DNA from: Clostridia bacterium
GTDB lineage: Bacteria > Bacillota > Clostridia > JAAYHZ01
DNA: 64,000 bases
Assembly: GCA_050950825.1 (NCBI GenBank)
Contig: JBMNIH010000003.1
Coordinates: forward strand, 128,001-192,000
Direction of reading: 5' to 3'
A model generated the notes under the pieces. That model was not told the DNA's origin. It made no database searches and was given only the letters and a program-made list of their open reading frames with translations. Both the position numbers and the translations under genes were made by a program. Of the stretch, positions 10,562-20,385 are shown in pieces. Numbering within the stretch: the stretch's first letter is position 1; every line of letters starts with the position of its first letter.

Positions 10562-10876
10562 TTATATCTGCATTCTCATGATGTTTTCATAAGCCTCGAT
10601 AACCTTGTTTCGAATCTGCAGCGCTAGGCTCAACGTAATGTCCGCTTTCTCCGCAGAGATCATGATCGAATGAAGATTGTTGATTTCACCTGTCGTCAAG
10701 CTTAAGCCCATTTCTTGTTCCGCTTTTTCCGTCCGGTTTACTTCCTCCAGAGCTTGGTCTAAAAAGCTTTTAAATTCTCCGCTTGACCCGTTACGGACCT
10801 GCAAGCTTAAATATTCGTCTAAACGATTCGCTCTTTGAAGCTCCCATGCCGAAAGAATGGAATTTACTTTGTCCAT
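10562..10876 (-). CDS. fliE: Hook-basal body protein FliE
   Basis: LQIRNKVIEAYENIMRMQI C-terminus. Confidence 0.95.
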   Translation of the reverse strand: MDKVNSILSAWELQRANRLDEYLSLQVRNGSSGEFKSFLDQALEEVNRTEKAEQEMGLSLTTGEINNLHSIMISAEKADITLSLALQIRNKVIEAYENIMRMQI

Positions 10877-10890
10877 GGCCCGTATCCTTT

Positions 10891-11328
10891 CTACTTACCG
10901 ATCTCCAGCGCCTTTAAAGCGATTTGCTTAAAAGCGTTTAAAGCCGTTACGTTGGCCTCATAGGCTCTGTAAGCCGCAATCATATCGATTATTTCTTTGG
11001 CGGTATCTACGTTCGGCATTTCTACATAGCCTTCTTCGTTTGCATCCGGATGGGAAGGATCATATACCAATTTGAAAGGGCTTTGGTCTTCTTGCACCGA
11101 AGCCACTTCGACCCCGTTGCCTTGTGTTTTTTCAAGCCCCGCTTTGAGGTGCTCGGAAAAGGGTATCTCTCTTTCCCTTAATACGACCGTACGACGTCTG
11201 TAGGGTTCTCCGTTTGCCGTCCTCGTGGTGTTCGTATTCGCCACGTTTTCCGCGATGACATCCATTCGAAAGCGCTGCGCCGTCAGCGCCGATGCACTGA
11301 TATCCATCGATTTGAAAAAGTTACTCAT
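10891..11328 (-). CDS. flgC: Basal-body rod protein FlgC
   Basis: ENVANTNTTR, YDPSHPDA..GYVEMPNV. Confidence 0.97.
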   Translation of the reverse strand: MSNFFKSMDISASALTAQRFRMDVIAENVANTNTTRTANGEPYRRRTVVLREREIPFSEHLKAGLEKTQGNGVEVASVQEDQSPFKLVYDPSHPDANEEGYVEMPNVDTAKEIIDMIAAYRAYEANVTALNAFKQIALKALEIGK

Positions 11329-11344
11329 GTGTCAACCATTCCTT

Positions 11345-11773
11345 TTATTTGCTATCATTAATGACCGTTTTTAGTCGTCCGAGATCTTTCGTTACTTTCT
11401 GAATCATGTACTGATACCAAATGACGTTTTTGGCCAGTTCGTTCATTTCGTACTCGATATCCACGTTATTTCCGTCCATACGTATGGAAGTGGATTCGTC
11501 CTTCTTTACGATCGGCTCGATATCGGACATGGGGTCGGTAGAAATCCCCGATACCGACGGGATATGCTTTTCCCTTGTGGTTTTCAATTCCGTATGACGA
11601 TAATCTTTGTTTTCGATCTTTGCTTTTAATAAAGATTCGAATTCCACATAGGAACGCTTGAACTGCGGTGTTTCCACATTCGCAATATTGTGTGTGATCA
11701 CCTCATTACGAAGCCAAGCCGCATCCAATCCCTTTTGCAAAAGATCAACTTGCGAAAACATATCTTTTAACAT
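11345..11773 (-). CDS. flgB: Basal-body rod protein FlgB
   Basis: NIANVETPQFK, RMDGNNVDIEYEM. Confidence 0.96.
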   Translation of the reverse strand: MLKDMFSQVDLLQKGLDAAWLRNEVITHNIANVETPQFKRSYVEFESLLKAKIENKDYRHTELKTTREKHIPSVSGISTDPMSDIEPIVKKDESTSIRMDGNNVDIEYEMNELAKNVIWYQYMIQKVTKDLGRLKTVINDSK

Positions 11774-11791
11774 GGCAAAACTCCGTTTTAT

Positions 11792-12145
11792 TCACATCTT
11801 GCTGAGGGCTTTGATCAAGGAATCTTCCTTAAAAGGCTTTACAATAAAGCCTTTTGCACCTGATAAGACGGCATCCTTCACCATAGCCTCCTGGCCCATG
11901 GCGGACACCATTAGAATATTCGCATTTTTATCCTTGGCTACGATCGCTTTCAAAGCTTCCAATCCGTTCATTTCGGGCATTGTAATATCCATTGTAACGA
12001 TGTACGGCTTCAGCTCGAAGTATTTTTCTACCGCAACCGCACCGTTCTCCGCTTCGCCAATGACTTCGTAACCGTTCTTTTCCAACATTTTTCTGATGGA
12101 TATTCGCATAAAGGCAGCGTCATCGACAACCAAAACCGTTTTCAA
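11792..12145 (-). CDS. cheY: Chemotaxis response regulator CheY
   Basis: VDDAAFMR, MDITMPEMNG, SAMGQ, FIVKPF; stand-alone receiver with TTG start. Confidence 0.92.
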   Translation of the reverse strand: MKTVLVVDDAAFMRISIRKMLEKNGYEVIGEAENGAVAVEKYFELKPYIVTMDITMPEMNGLEALKAIVAKDKNANILMVSAMGQEAMVKDAVLSGAKGFIVKPFKEDSLIKALSKM

Positions 12146-12226
12146 ACCGCAATACCTCCTTCGATAAAATAACCGATATATTTCATCACAATAAATGTAT
12201 TAAAATGCAATTCTATGTATATTTAA

Positions 12227-12282
12227 ACATGAACAGTTGGTTCATGTCAATAAATTATCACGAATCAATGGTTCATGTCAAT
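12227..12282 (-). promoter_or_regulatory. Tandem operator-like palindromes overlapping TTGACA -35 boxes upstream of cheY-flgB
   Basis: ACATGAAC-agttg-GTTCATGT at 12227-12247; degenerate copy TCACGAAT-caatg-GTTCATGT at 12258-12278; GGTTCATGTCAAT repeated 31 bp apart (reads ATTGACA on the minus strand). Confidence 0.65.
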
Positions 12283-12494
12283 TGTAAATACAAAAAAGTG
12301 AAAATTTTTCGTAAACTGCCGAAATTCGTTGAAGATTGCCCGTTATTGCATCCGATTGTCTTTAATGATCTATATTTCTGCGATTACAATGCAAAAAACC
12401 AAACAACCGAAAAAAGATTATGGGAGGAGGATCGTACTTAATTCATGCGGGTCTTCCGTTTGTTTCATAGTATCTATAATCGATAAAATTTGAC

Positions 12495-12523
12495 TTGACA
12501 GAAGTTGTTTCCTGTATTATTAT
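12495..12523 (+). promoter_or_regulatory. Sigma-A promoter of XRE regulator 1
   Basis: TTGACA-N17-TATTAT upstream of ATG 12547. Confidence 0.7.
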
Positions 12524-12546
12524 GTAAATAAAAGGTATAAAATTGT

Positions 12547-13041
12547 ATGCTTGGCCGAATATTGTATAGATTGAGGGTTGAAAAAAAACTATCAATGAAA
12601 AAAGCCGGTGAAGCTGTCGGTGTATCCGATTCCGCTTGGAATAAATATGAGAAAAACAAGGCGGACCCGTCCATCGACATTTTACTGAGAATTGCGGATT
12701 TTTTCGGAGTCTCCACCGACTACCTGTTAGGCAGAACCGAAATTAGAGATCCGGCCGTTCCGCATGAGCTCAATCTCCCTTCGCTTCCCGGTATGGAAGA
12801 ATTCATATCCGCCATACACGAAACCTTTCGACTGTACAACACCGTAAACATCGACCTTCATACCCTATCTCAATTGCTCGCCTTATTGACAAATGCCGTT
12901 AACGCCTTCAATCGGTTGGTAAAATACAAGCAAGATCATAAATACGATTCCGGCGACTTTAAAATTTATCAAAATGCCATCGTCAATCTCATGAATGAAT
13001 ACGGCGAATTATATGAACGCATGAGAAATCAAAATTATTAA
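12547..13041 (+). CDS. XRE-family HTH regulator with uncharacterised C-terminal helical domain (paralog 1)
   Basis: LRVEKKLSMKKAGEAVGVSDSAWNKYEK...IADFFGVSTDYLLG HTH_3 pattern. Confidence 0.9.
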   Translation: MLGRILYRLRVEKKLSMKKAGEAVGVSDSAWNKYEKNKADPSIDILLRIADFFGVSTDYLLGRTEIRDPAVPHELNLPSLPGMEEFISAIHETFRLYNTVNIDLHTLSQLLALLTNAVNAFNRLVKYKQDHKYDSGDFKIYQNAIVNLMNEYGELYERMRNQNY

Positions 13042-13060
13042 AATCTCCTTTTGCTTTTCT

Positions 13061-14098
13061 TCATTCCAAATCCGAAACATCCTGATCTTTTGCCAAGCGA
13101 TTGATCGCTTTTGATATGTTTTCCAATGAAATCTGATAATCCACCGCGCCTAACAGGTACGCTTCCTTCGGCATACCGTAAACCACAGAGGACTTTTGAT
13201 CTTGGCCGATGGTTTTGCCTCCGTTTTGTTTTATGGCCAAAAGTCCTTCCGCACCGTCCGTGCCCATTCCGGTCAGCAGTACTCCGATCGCCCGGTTCCC
13301 GGCGGCTTTGGCAACAGACGCAAACAATACGTCGATGGAGGGACGGTGTCCGTTCACTTTGCCGCCGTCAAAGCATAAAATGGAGTATTCGTCTCCCCTC
13401 CTGTTTACCTTCATATGCCTGTTTCCGGGCGCAATATAGGCGCATCCTTTATTGATCGTATCGCCGCTTCTTGCTTCCTTGACTTGAAAGGCGGTAGCTT
13501 CGTTCAGTCTTTCCGCAAACATCTTCGAAAATCTTTCCGGTATATGCTGAACGATCACAATCCCGGGCAGGTCCGTATCCAAATTTCGTAAAATATGAAA
13601 TATGGCTTGGGTCCCTCCCGTGGAAGCCCCGATGGCTATAATGTCTTTGGAATAGATCCTTTTTCTTTCTTTGTTTTCATCAACGGGCGGGTTCTTTTCT
13701 CCGAAAACCGTCGCCTTTCGAATGATCTCGATAATGTATGCAATGAAGCGCTGTATGTCCTCGGAGGTTTTTGCCTTTGGCTTCGACACGAAAGCAAAGG
13801 CTCCCGCTTGCAGCGCCTCCTCTTTGTATCCCTCATGTCCGCTGATGACAATGATAGGAATCGGATATTTGGGTGCCAGCCGGCTTATAAAGCCGATACC
13901 GTTCATTTTCGGCATTTCAATATCGCACAAAATGACATCCGGGCGATAGATCATCAATTTTTCCACCGCATCCTGCGGGTCCTCCGCCGTGGAGACCACT
14001 TCGATATCCTCCTCCATGGATATGGCCATAAACAAAAATTTTCTGAAAAACAGGCTGTCGTCTACAACCAGAACCTTGATTTTTTCTAATTTTCCCAT
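13061..14098 (-). CDS. cheB: Chemotaxis methylesterase CheB
   Basis: Receiver domain plus GASTGG, VQHIP, LTGMGTDG, VVYGMP; start taken at MGKLEK. Confidence 0.95.
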   Translation of the reverse strand: MGKLEKIKVLVVDDSLFFRKFLFMAISMEEDIEVVSTAEDPQDAVEKLMIYRPDVILCDIEMPKMNGIGFISRLAPKYPIPIIVISGHEGYKEEALQAGAFAFVSKPKAKTSEDIQRFIAYIIEIIRKATVFGEKNPPVDENKERKRIYSKDIIAIGASTGGTQAIFHILRNLDTDLPGIVIVQHIPERFSKMFAERLNEATAFQVKEARSGDTINKGCAYIAPGNRHMKVNRRGDEYSILCFDGGKVNGHRPSIDVLFASVAKAAGNRAIGVLLTGMGTDGAEGLLAIKQNGGKTIGQDQKSSVVYGMPKEAYLLGAVDYQISLENISKAINRLAKDQDVSDLE

Positions 14099-14108
14099 AT
14101 GAACCACC

Positions 14109-14924
14109 CTACTCTTTTCGGTACACACCGGGTTCCATGTATTTCAAGCTCGAGCTTGCTCTTTTCAGGGATTCGGAAAGGCCGACAAACAAGTAACCGC
14201 CGGGCTCAAGCCAATGGAAAAACTTATCCACCAGTTTTTTCGCCGTCTGTTCCTCGAAATAGATCATGACGTTCTTGCAGAAAATCACATGGAAGGGCTT
14301 CTTGAAAAAAAATCGTTCTTCCATCAAATTGAACTTACGGAAGATGACTTCATCCTTCAAAAAAGGTTTTATTTCGAACCGGTCTCTGCCGACCGGTTCG
14401 AAATAATTCAATTTCCACCCGAGGGGTAATTCCTTCAATTCCTCGATCCCGTAAATCCCTTTTTTGGCTTTATTCAAGACCTCATCGGATATATCGGTAG
14501 CCAAAATCTTCGTATCCCAAAACAGCTTATCGCTGCCGAAAAACTCGTCAATCACCATTGCCAATGTGTACGGTTCTTCTCCCGTGGAGCATCCTGCACT
14601 CCATATCCTGATATCCCTTTCTTCTACGGTCGATTTTAAATAGGGCAGGACGTGATCCTTCATATAGTCCATGTGAGCCGCTTCCCTCATAAAGTAGGTA
14701 TGGTTTGTCGTAATGCGATTTGCCAATACGGAAGCGGCTTCACCGGTTTTATCCGACAAGAGATACTCGTAGTACTTGGAAAAGTTCGGGATGTTATTTT
14801 TTATCAATATGTTTTGCAGTCTTCCGATTAACAGCCCTTTCTTTTCTTTTTTCAAATGTATACCGAAATTTTTTCTTATGTATTCCGACAACAATTCAAA
14901 TTCTTTATCCGATATGTCGAACAC
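14109..14924 (-). CDS. cheR: Chemotaxis methyltransferase CheR
   Basis: ITTNHTYFMRE, WSAGCSTGEEPYT, FCKNVMIYF. Confidence 0.96.
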   Translation of the reverse strand: MFDISDKEFELLSEYIRKNFGIHLKKEKKGLLIGRLQNILIKNNIPNFSKYYEYLLSDKTGEAASVLANRITTNHTYFMREAAHMDYMKDHVLPYLKSTVEERDIRIWSAGCSTGEEPYTLAMVIDEFFGSDKLFWDTKILATDISDEVLNKAKKGIYGIEELKELPLGWKLNYFEPVGRDRFEIKPFLKDEVIFRKFNLMEERFFFKKPFHVIFCKNVMIYFEEQTAKKLVDKFFHWLEPGGYLFVGLSESLKRASSSLKYMEPGVYRKE

Positions 14925-14934
14925 ACCGATCTCC

Positions 14935-16770
14935 TTAATACTTTCCGAATTCCTTGTCGCTAGGAACCGCGACTAAGCTCGTCGATACGTTCTCCTCGTC
15001 CGGGCAAACGACATTCGTTTGGTACTTCTTTTTATATATGGACTCTAAGTATTCCAAAACCTCCGGACTCAATTCGAAATCGGTTTTCTCGTCCGTAAAT
15101 TCCTTAAACTTAATGGACTCCACGATATCCTTTAAGCCCTCGGCTTGATGCCTCAACGCTTCTTCGGAAGCGGCCACTTCTTCGGAGGTAGCGGAGTTCT
15201 TCTGAACCACTTCGGATACCTGCGAGATGCCTTGGTTAATTTGCGCAATACCGATCGCTTGCTCTTCCGAAGCCGCAGCAATGCTGCCGACAAGAGAAGC
15301 CACTTCTTCCGCTCCGCTGACGATTCTCTTAAGGGCTTCCGCCGTTTCTCCCGCAATCTTCGTACCGTGAGCCACCTTTTCCATTGCGTTTTCGATCAAT
15401 TCGCCGGATTGCTTCGCGGCCTCCGCCGATTTTTCAGCCAAAGCACGGATTTCTTCCGCCACAACGGCAAAGCCTTTACCGTAGTTTCCGGCTCGGGCCG
15501 CTTCTACGGCGGCGTTAAGCGACAAGATATTCGTTTGGAAAGCGATATCGTCGATGGCCTTTAAGATCTTGTTTATATTCTTAGATGATACGCTGATATC
15601 TTCGATAGCCTTGAGCATATCTTGCATCAAATGATTTCCGTTATCGGCATTGCTCTTTGCCGCTTCCGCAAGCTTGTCGGCCTTCTTGGCGTTTTCCGCA
15701 TTTTCACCGGTTTGAACCGATATTTCCTCCATGGATGCCGTAAGCTGCTCCAATGCGCTTGCCTGCTGGGCGGCGCCTTGGGAGATCTCCTTGCTTGCTG
15801 CGGACAATTGTTCCGCACCGACAGCCACTTGTTCGGAAGCGGTGGCAATTTTTCTCACCATATCGTTCGAATTCTTTATCATTTCCGCCAAGCTTCGATT
15901 GAGTACGTCTTTTTCGGATCGTAAATGAATGTCCGGCGTAAAATCATTCTCGGCCAGGGTTTGAAGCACCGCCGCTTGTTGCTTGGTATCGGCAATAATC
16001 TTACGGAAGGTATCGGACAAGTAGCCGAGCTCATCCCTCGATTCCCAACGGAGCTCCGCTTCAATATCTCCCACAACCAGTTTTTCCGCCGCTTTGATCA
16101 CTTCATTCAAGGGATTTGCAATCGATTTCAAGACGACGATTACAATATATGCGGCAATTAAGAGGTTTACGAATAAAACGATGATGAACTTACGTCTCCA
16201 CATATGAAAGGCCGATTTGTTGTAGTCTCCCCGCTCTTGGCCCATTTCATATAGCCTTTCCGCCAATGCTTCCATGCTATCCTCGACGTCTTCCATGGCC
16301 TTTTGCATTTCCGCACCGGAATAGGCATAAACCACCGCCGGTTTATTGTCCATCTTCAAAAAGTTTATAATCTTTGTCTTAAATCCCGAAAACACGTTGT
16401 ACTTTTCCAAAAGGTCATGCCATAATTCGATGGCATGCTCGTCCGTCAAGACTTCGCCCATTTGTGCGTACATCTCGTCCATTTCCAGGGAATATCGCTC
16501 GAGCTCCGTTAAAACCTCTTGATACGAAACACCGTCAGCTAAAGCGCTCATTGCGATTAATTGCTGCTGGTCATTAATGTTGTCTAACATGTCCGGAATG
16601 ATGGTCAAAGGAACGGTGACCTCATGATACAAGCGATCGTCGTTATCCGCCGTTTTATTCATGGCCACATAACCGATTCCCAAAACGATGATCATCAATA
16701 TCGCAACGATTACAAATGTCAATATCAGCTTTACTCTAAGCTTTAAATTTTTAATAAGTCTCATTATCAT
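14935..16770 (-). CDS. Methyl-accepting chemotaxis protein (4HB sensor, HAMP domains, C-terminal pentapeptide)
   Basis: Two TM helices; IAFQTNILSLNAAVEAARAG hairpin tip; ends in EFGKY. Confidence 0.95.
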   Translation of the reverse strand: MIMRLIKNLKLRVKLILTFVIVAILMIIVLGIGYVAMNKTADNDDRLYHEVTVPLTIIPDMLDNINDQQQLIAMSALADGVSYQEVLTELERYSLEMDEMYAQMGEVLTDEHAIELWHDLLEKYNVFSGFKTKIINFLKMDNKPAVVYAYSGAEMQKAMEDVEDSMEALAERLYEMGQERGDYNKSAFHMWRRKFIIVLFVNLLIAAYIVIVVLKSIANPLNEVIKAAEKLVVGDIEAELRWESRDELGYLSDTFRKIIADTKQQAAVLQTLAENDFTPDIHLRSEKDVLNRSLAEMIKNSNDMVRKIATASEQVAVGAEQLSAASKEISQGAAQQASALEQLTASMEEISVQTGENAENAKKADKLAEAAKSNADNGNHLMQDMLKAIEDISVSSKNINKILKAIDDIAFQTNILSLNAAVEAARAGNYGKGFAVVAEEIRALAEKSAEAAKQSGELIENAMEKVAHGTKIAGETAEALKRIVSGAEEVASLVGSIAAASEEQAIGIAQINQGISQVSEVVQKNSATSEEVAASEEALRHQAEGLKDIVESIKFKEFTDEKTDFELSPEVLEYLESIYKKKYQTNVVCPDEENVSTSLVAVPSDKEFGKY

Positions 16771-16794
16771 GATAAAAAACCTCCCTTTATTTCT

Positions 16795-17259
16795 CTATTT
16801 CTCGTCCCAAATCAGTTTTTCGATGTCTAACAGCATGATGACGCCGCTCTGCGTCGTTCCCAGCTTCCATATGTATTTGTTATTGCCTTCTTTCGATGTG
16901 TTCGGGGGATCCGACAGCCGGTCCGGCAGGATGGTCGAAACCTCCAGAACCTTATCCGCCACAATACCCATCGCGATGTCATTGACCTGAACAATGACGA
17001 TACACGTCCTTTGGTCATATTCCGGCACCGGTTGCTTGAACCGAATGCGAAGATCCATGACCGGTATGATTTTCCCTCTGAGATTAATGACGCCCTTTAC
17101 ATAGTCGGGAAGTTCCGGAACTTTTGTAATCGGCCTGATGCTGATAATTTCGGTTACATACTCGATGGTAAAACCGTAAAGTTCCGATCCTAATGAAAAA
17201 GTCAAATACTTGTCTTTTAAAGTATCTTCTATGGTCTCGGTGCTTTCATAAACCTCCAT
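16795..17259 (-). CDS. cheW: Chemotaxis adaptor CheW
   Basis: ITKVPELPDYVKGVINLRGKIIPVMDL. Confidence 0.96.
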   Translation of the reverse strand: MEVYESTETIEDTLKDKYLTFSLGSELYGFTIEYVTEIISIRPITKVPELPDYVKGVINLRGKIIPVMDLRIRFKQPVPEYDQRTCIVIVQVNDIAMGIVADKVLEVSTILPDRLSDPPNTSKEGNNKYIWKLGTTQSGVIMLLDIEKLIWDEK

Positions 17260-17344
17260 ATGCGTCTCCTTTCTATTTTCATAAGTATTTTCATTCGTTA
17301 TTTATCGACTAAAGCAAAAACGATGATCTTTCATATGCCGGAGC

Positions 17345-19360
17345 CTATCGATAAGCATCCAAAACACAGTAGCCGTGCGCATACTCCGTTAACTTTTTTA
17401 CATCCAAAATGAAGCTTACGGTGCCGTCTCCAAGCAGCGTACAGCCGGAAAAGCCCTTGTCCTCCGCCGTCTTTTTGATGTACGCGGGAAGCCCTTTGAT
17501 GACCGCACGGGAACGCCCGGCCAACGTATCGGCATAAAGGGCCAAAAATCTTTTCTCGTCTTCCACAAGAATGATGAGACCGTGTTCCAAGACCTTTCGT
17601 TCCTTCCGAAGTCCGTAAAACTCGTCCAAGCGTACAAGGGGGAAGCACTTTCCTCTCAGAAGCAGCATTTCATCCCCGTTCGCGTCTTTGACGATGTCCG
17701 CATTTTTCGGATCGATAAATTCCTTGATGGAATAGGATGGCAGCGTAAAGGTCAAATCCGACGATTTGACATGGACCGAATCCAAAATATTCAGCATAAG
17801 AGGTATTTTCACGGTAAATTCGGTTCCTTCCCCAAGTGCGCTGTCGACCGACAGGGTTCCTCCTATGGATTGGATGGTTTTTTCCGCCGCGTCCATTCCC
17901 ACGCCGCGACCCGAATACTCCGTTACGCTGTCATTGGTGGAAAAGCCGGGAAGAAAAATATATTCGAAGACCTCCTTATCGGTCATGGTATCGGGATCCT
18001 TATGCAGCAAACCGTTTTTCTTTGCCTTTTCCAAGATCTTTTCTCTGTTCAGACCTCTGCCGTCATCTCTTACCGTAATAACCACGTAGTTGCCGGAATT
18101 CTTCGCTTCCAAAGTAACGGTTCCCGTTTCCGATTTCCCTGCATTCCTTCTCTCTTCGGAGGACTCCAGTCCGTGGTCGACGGCGTTTCGAACCAAATGC
18201 ATCAACGGCTCGGACAGACGATCGATAATGCTCTTGTCCACCTCCGTGTCCTCTCCCGCCGTAACCAATCGAACCTTCTTGTTCAATTTCTTGCTCATAT
18301 CACGAACAACCCGGTGCATTTTCATAAAGGTACCGAACAAGGGCACCATACGGATGCTCAAAACCGTTTCATGGATTTCTCCCAATGTTCTTTCCAACCG
18401 CTTTAGGGTTTTTTCCAGGTCGGAGGATTTTATCGCCGTAATTCCGGGGTCGTGAAGCACCGCCGATTGGGCGATGACCATTTCACCGACCAAGTCCATC
18501 AGGATATCCAATTTGGATACCTTCACGCTTACCATACCGTCCGATACGGCGCGAGCCTCATGAAGCGATTCCGCGGATTGCTCCTTTTTTTCTTCCTTTT
18601 CCTCTTTTTCTTCCTTGGCCGTTTTCTCTTTTCCCGTCTCTTGAAGGTCCAAGCCGGACATAAACATGGTTTTGTTCAAGTGCTCTCGAATTTTTTCCAT
18701 GCTTTCATCGGAAGCAAAGGTTACCGAAAAACCTTTTTCTTTGATAAGCTCTTTGCTTTTTTCGTGTTCAAGATCATTCGGTTCATAGGAGATGATGTCC
18801 CCGATTTCATACAAATCGCGGAGAACGGAAAGAGCCCGAACGTTTTCCATACCGCTGCCTTCTTCGAAGGCAATGACGGCTTTGTACTCCTTCTTGTCCG
18901 GCAATAAAGAGCGATTGACGGCTTTTAAAGAATCGAGAATTTTCTTGTTTTCCTCCGTCAATTTCGATGCTTCTCCGTCGGGAAGGAGACCTTTTTTGAT
19001 CTTTTCCGTTTCCCCTTTAATAAAGTCGAGTCCTTTTAAAAGAGGATCGGACAAAAAGGAATAATCCGTACGCTCCGTCCCTTCATCCCTTACGTACGAA
19101 ATCAAGTCCTCCAAGGAATGGGAAAGGGCGGTGACTTGGTCAAATCCCATCATGGCGGAGGAGCCTTTGATCGTATGAAGCACTCGAAACATTTCGTTAA
19201 TATCACTTTCCGTGATATGCGACGTTTCTTTTGCAATGATAATTTGCTCGAGCTGTTCCAACAGCTCCGATACCTCGTAAACGTATACTTCAAGCAATGA
19301 GTCTTTCGTATTCGAATCCAACACAGCATCACTCTCATCATTAAAATTAAATTTGGACAT
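17345..19360 (-). CDS. cheA: Chemotaxis histidine kinase CheA (true start possibly TTG 19321)
   Basis: Hpt LHTIKGSS, HLVRNAVDHG, DDGRG, GRGVGMD, C-terminal CheW-like domain. Confidence 0.96.
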   Translation of the reverse strand: MSKFNFNDESDAVLDSNTKDSLLEVYVYEVSELLEQLEQIIIAKETSHITESDINEMFRVLHTIKGSSAMMGFDQVTALSHSLEDLISYVRDEGTERTDYSFLSDPLLKGLDFIKGETEKIKKGLLPDGEASKLTEENKKILDSLKAVNRSLLPDKKEYKAVIAFEEGSGMENVRALSVLRDLYEIGDIISYEPNDLEHEKSKELIKEKGFSVTFASDESMEKIREHLNKTMFMSGLDLQETGKEKTAKEEKEEKEEKKEQSAESLHEARAVSDGMVSVKVSKLDILMDLVGEMVIAQSAVLHDPGITAIKSSDLEKTLKRLERTLGEIHETVLSIRMVPLFGTFMKMHRVVRDMSKKLNKKVRLVTAGEDTEVDKSIIDRLSEPLMHLVRNAVDHGLESSEERRNAGKSETGTVTLEAKNSGNYVVITVRDDGRGLNREKILEKAKKNGLLHKDPDTMTDKEVFEYIFLPGFSTNDSVTEYSGRGVGMDAAEKTIQSIGGTLSVDSALGEGTEFTVKIPLMLNILDSVHVKSSDLTFTLPSYSIKEFIDPKNADIVKDANGDEMLLLRGKCFPLVRLDEFYGLRKERKVLEHGLIILVEDEKRFLALYADTLAGRSRAVIKGLPAYIKKTAEDKGFSGCTLLGDGTVSFILDVKKLTEYAHGYCVLDAYR

Positions 19361-19361
19361 T

Positions 19362-19388
19362 TTATCGTTTCGAAAAACGAAAACTTTA
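19362..19388 (-). promoter_or_regulatory. Sigma-28 (FliA/SigD) promoter of the che operon
   Basis: TAAAGTTT-N11-AACGATAA versus consensus TAAAGTTT-N11-GCCGATAA. Confidence 0.8.
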
Positions 19389-19395
19389 TGAAGAA

Positions 19396-20166
19396 TTATA
19401 TTAATTCAAGAAAAATTTTTACGATTTCCGGGTCAAATTGGGTACCGGCATTCTTTTTGATTTCTTCCACGGCTTCTTCTTTTTTCATCGCTTTTCTGTA
19501 CACCCTGTCGCTTATCATGGCGTCATAGGCATCGGCAACGGCAATGATTCTCGAAGCCAAAGGAATTTGCTCTCCTTTTAATCCCAAAGGATATCCTTTA
19601 CCGTCCCATCGTTCGTGGTGGCACAGAATGTATTCGGCGATATGGGCGAACTCGGGATAGGCTTTTGCAAGACCGTATCCGATCTCCGAATGTTTTTGCA
19701 TAATCATCCATTCTTCCTTCGTCAGCTTTCCCGGCTTATTCAATATGCGCTCGCTGATACCGATTTTTCCGATATCATGGAGAATCGAAAGCAAAAACAA
19801 ATCGTGTAAGCTTTTTTTCGGCAGGTTCAGCTTGGCTCCGATACTTCGGGAAATCACCGCCATTCTTTCCGCATGCTCTTCGGTTTCTTGGCTTTTTTCA
19901 AACAAAAGGGTCATCAAGATATTCGCATTCGATTCCGTATGGCTTCTTCCCGTTTCGCATCCGTATGATAAATCGTTTTCGTTGACCCGAGTATTTTCTT
20001 CGCCGGCGGTATTCAAAATGACGTTATCATTCGCAACATTCCGAAAGGCTTTATCCGATTCCGATTTACAATCGGTTCTTTTTATTCTTTTGTGCCCGTT
20101 ACTATCAATGAATGCCATTATACATATCCAACTTGTTACTTGATAAATATAAATACTATCTTTCAT
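19396..20166 (-). CDS. HD-GYP c-di-GMP phosphodiesterase 1 (start uncertain)
   Basis: LHDIGKIG, HHERWDGKGYP, VADAYDAM. Confidence 0.9.
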   Translation of the reverse strand: MKDSIYIYQVTSWICIMAFIDSNGHKRIKRTDCKSESDKAFRNVANDNVILNTAGEENTRVNENDLSYGCETGRSHTESNANILMTLLFEKSQETEEHAERMAVISRSIGAKLNLPKKSLHDLFLLSILHDIGKIGISERILNKPGKLTKEEWMIMQKHSEIGYGLAKAYPEFAHIAEYILCHHERWDGKGYPLGLKGEQIPLASRIIAVADAYDAMISDRVYRKAMKKEEAVEEIKKNAGTQFDPEIVKIFLELI

Positions 20167-20172
20167 ATGAAG

Positions 20173-20199
20173 GTATCGTGAAAAAGTTCGAAAACTTTA
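20173..20199 (-). promoter_or_regulatory. Sigma-28 promoter of HD-GYP 1
   Basis: TAAAGTTT-N11-CACGATAC. Confidence 0.72.
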
Positions 20200-20385
20200 G
20201 ACGAAAAAAAGAGTAAAAATCGATTTTCCTCGTTTTGTTGCGAAAGATATCATTTATTCTTTAATATTTTTATCCGGAACCGCAATTACGGCTTCATTTC
20301 CTTCGAATGGTATGTATAAGGGAAAATATTTGATTGACATCATCTTTTCTTCTGTATTTATACATTAACGAAAGGGAAAATAGAT

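Noticed and set aside
12205-12441. 78-aa ORF and a stray GGAGG in the cheY-XRE gap
   Set aside because: No RBS before its start, overlaps the promoter/operators, no recognisable protein; the GGAGG has no start codon after it
12146-12480. c-di-GMP riboswitch upstream of the flagellar operon
   Set aside because: No GGCAAA..GAAA..GACGCAAA (class I) or class II core found on the minus strand
17300-17335. Internal sigma-28 promoter before cheW (GTCGATAA)
   Set aside because: -10-like box present but no TAAA -35 at the correct spacing
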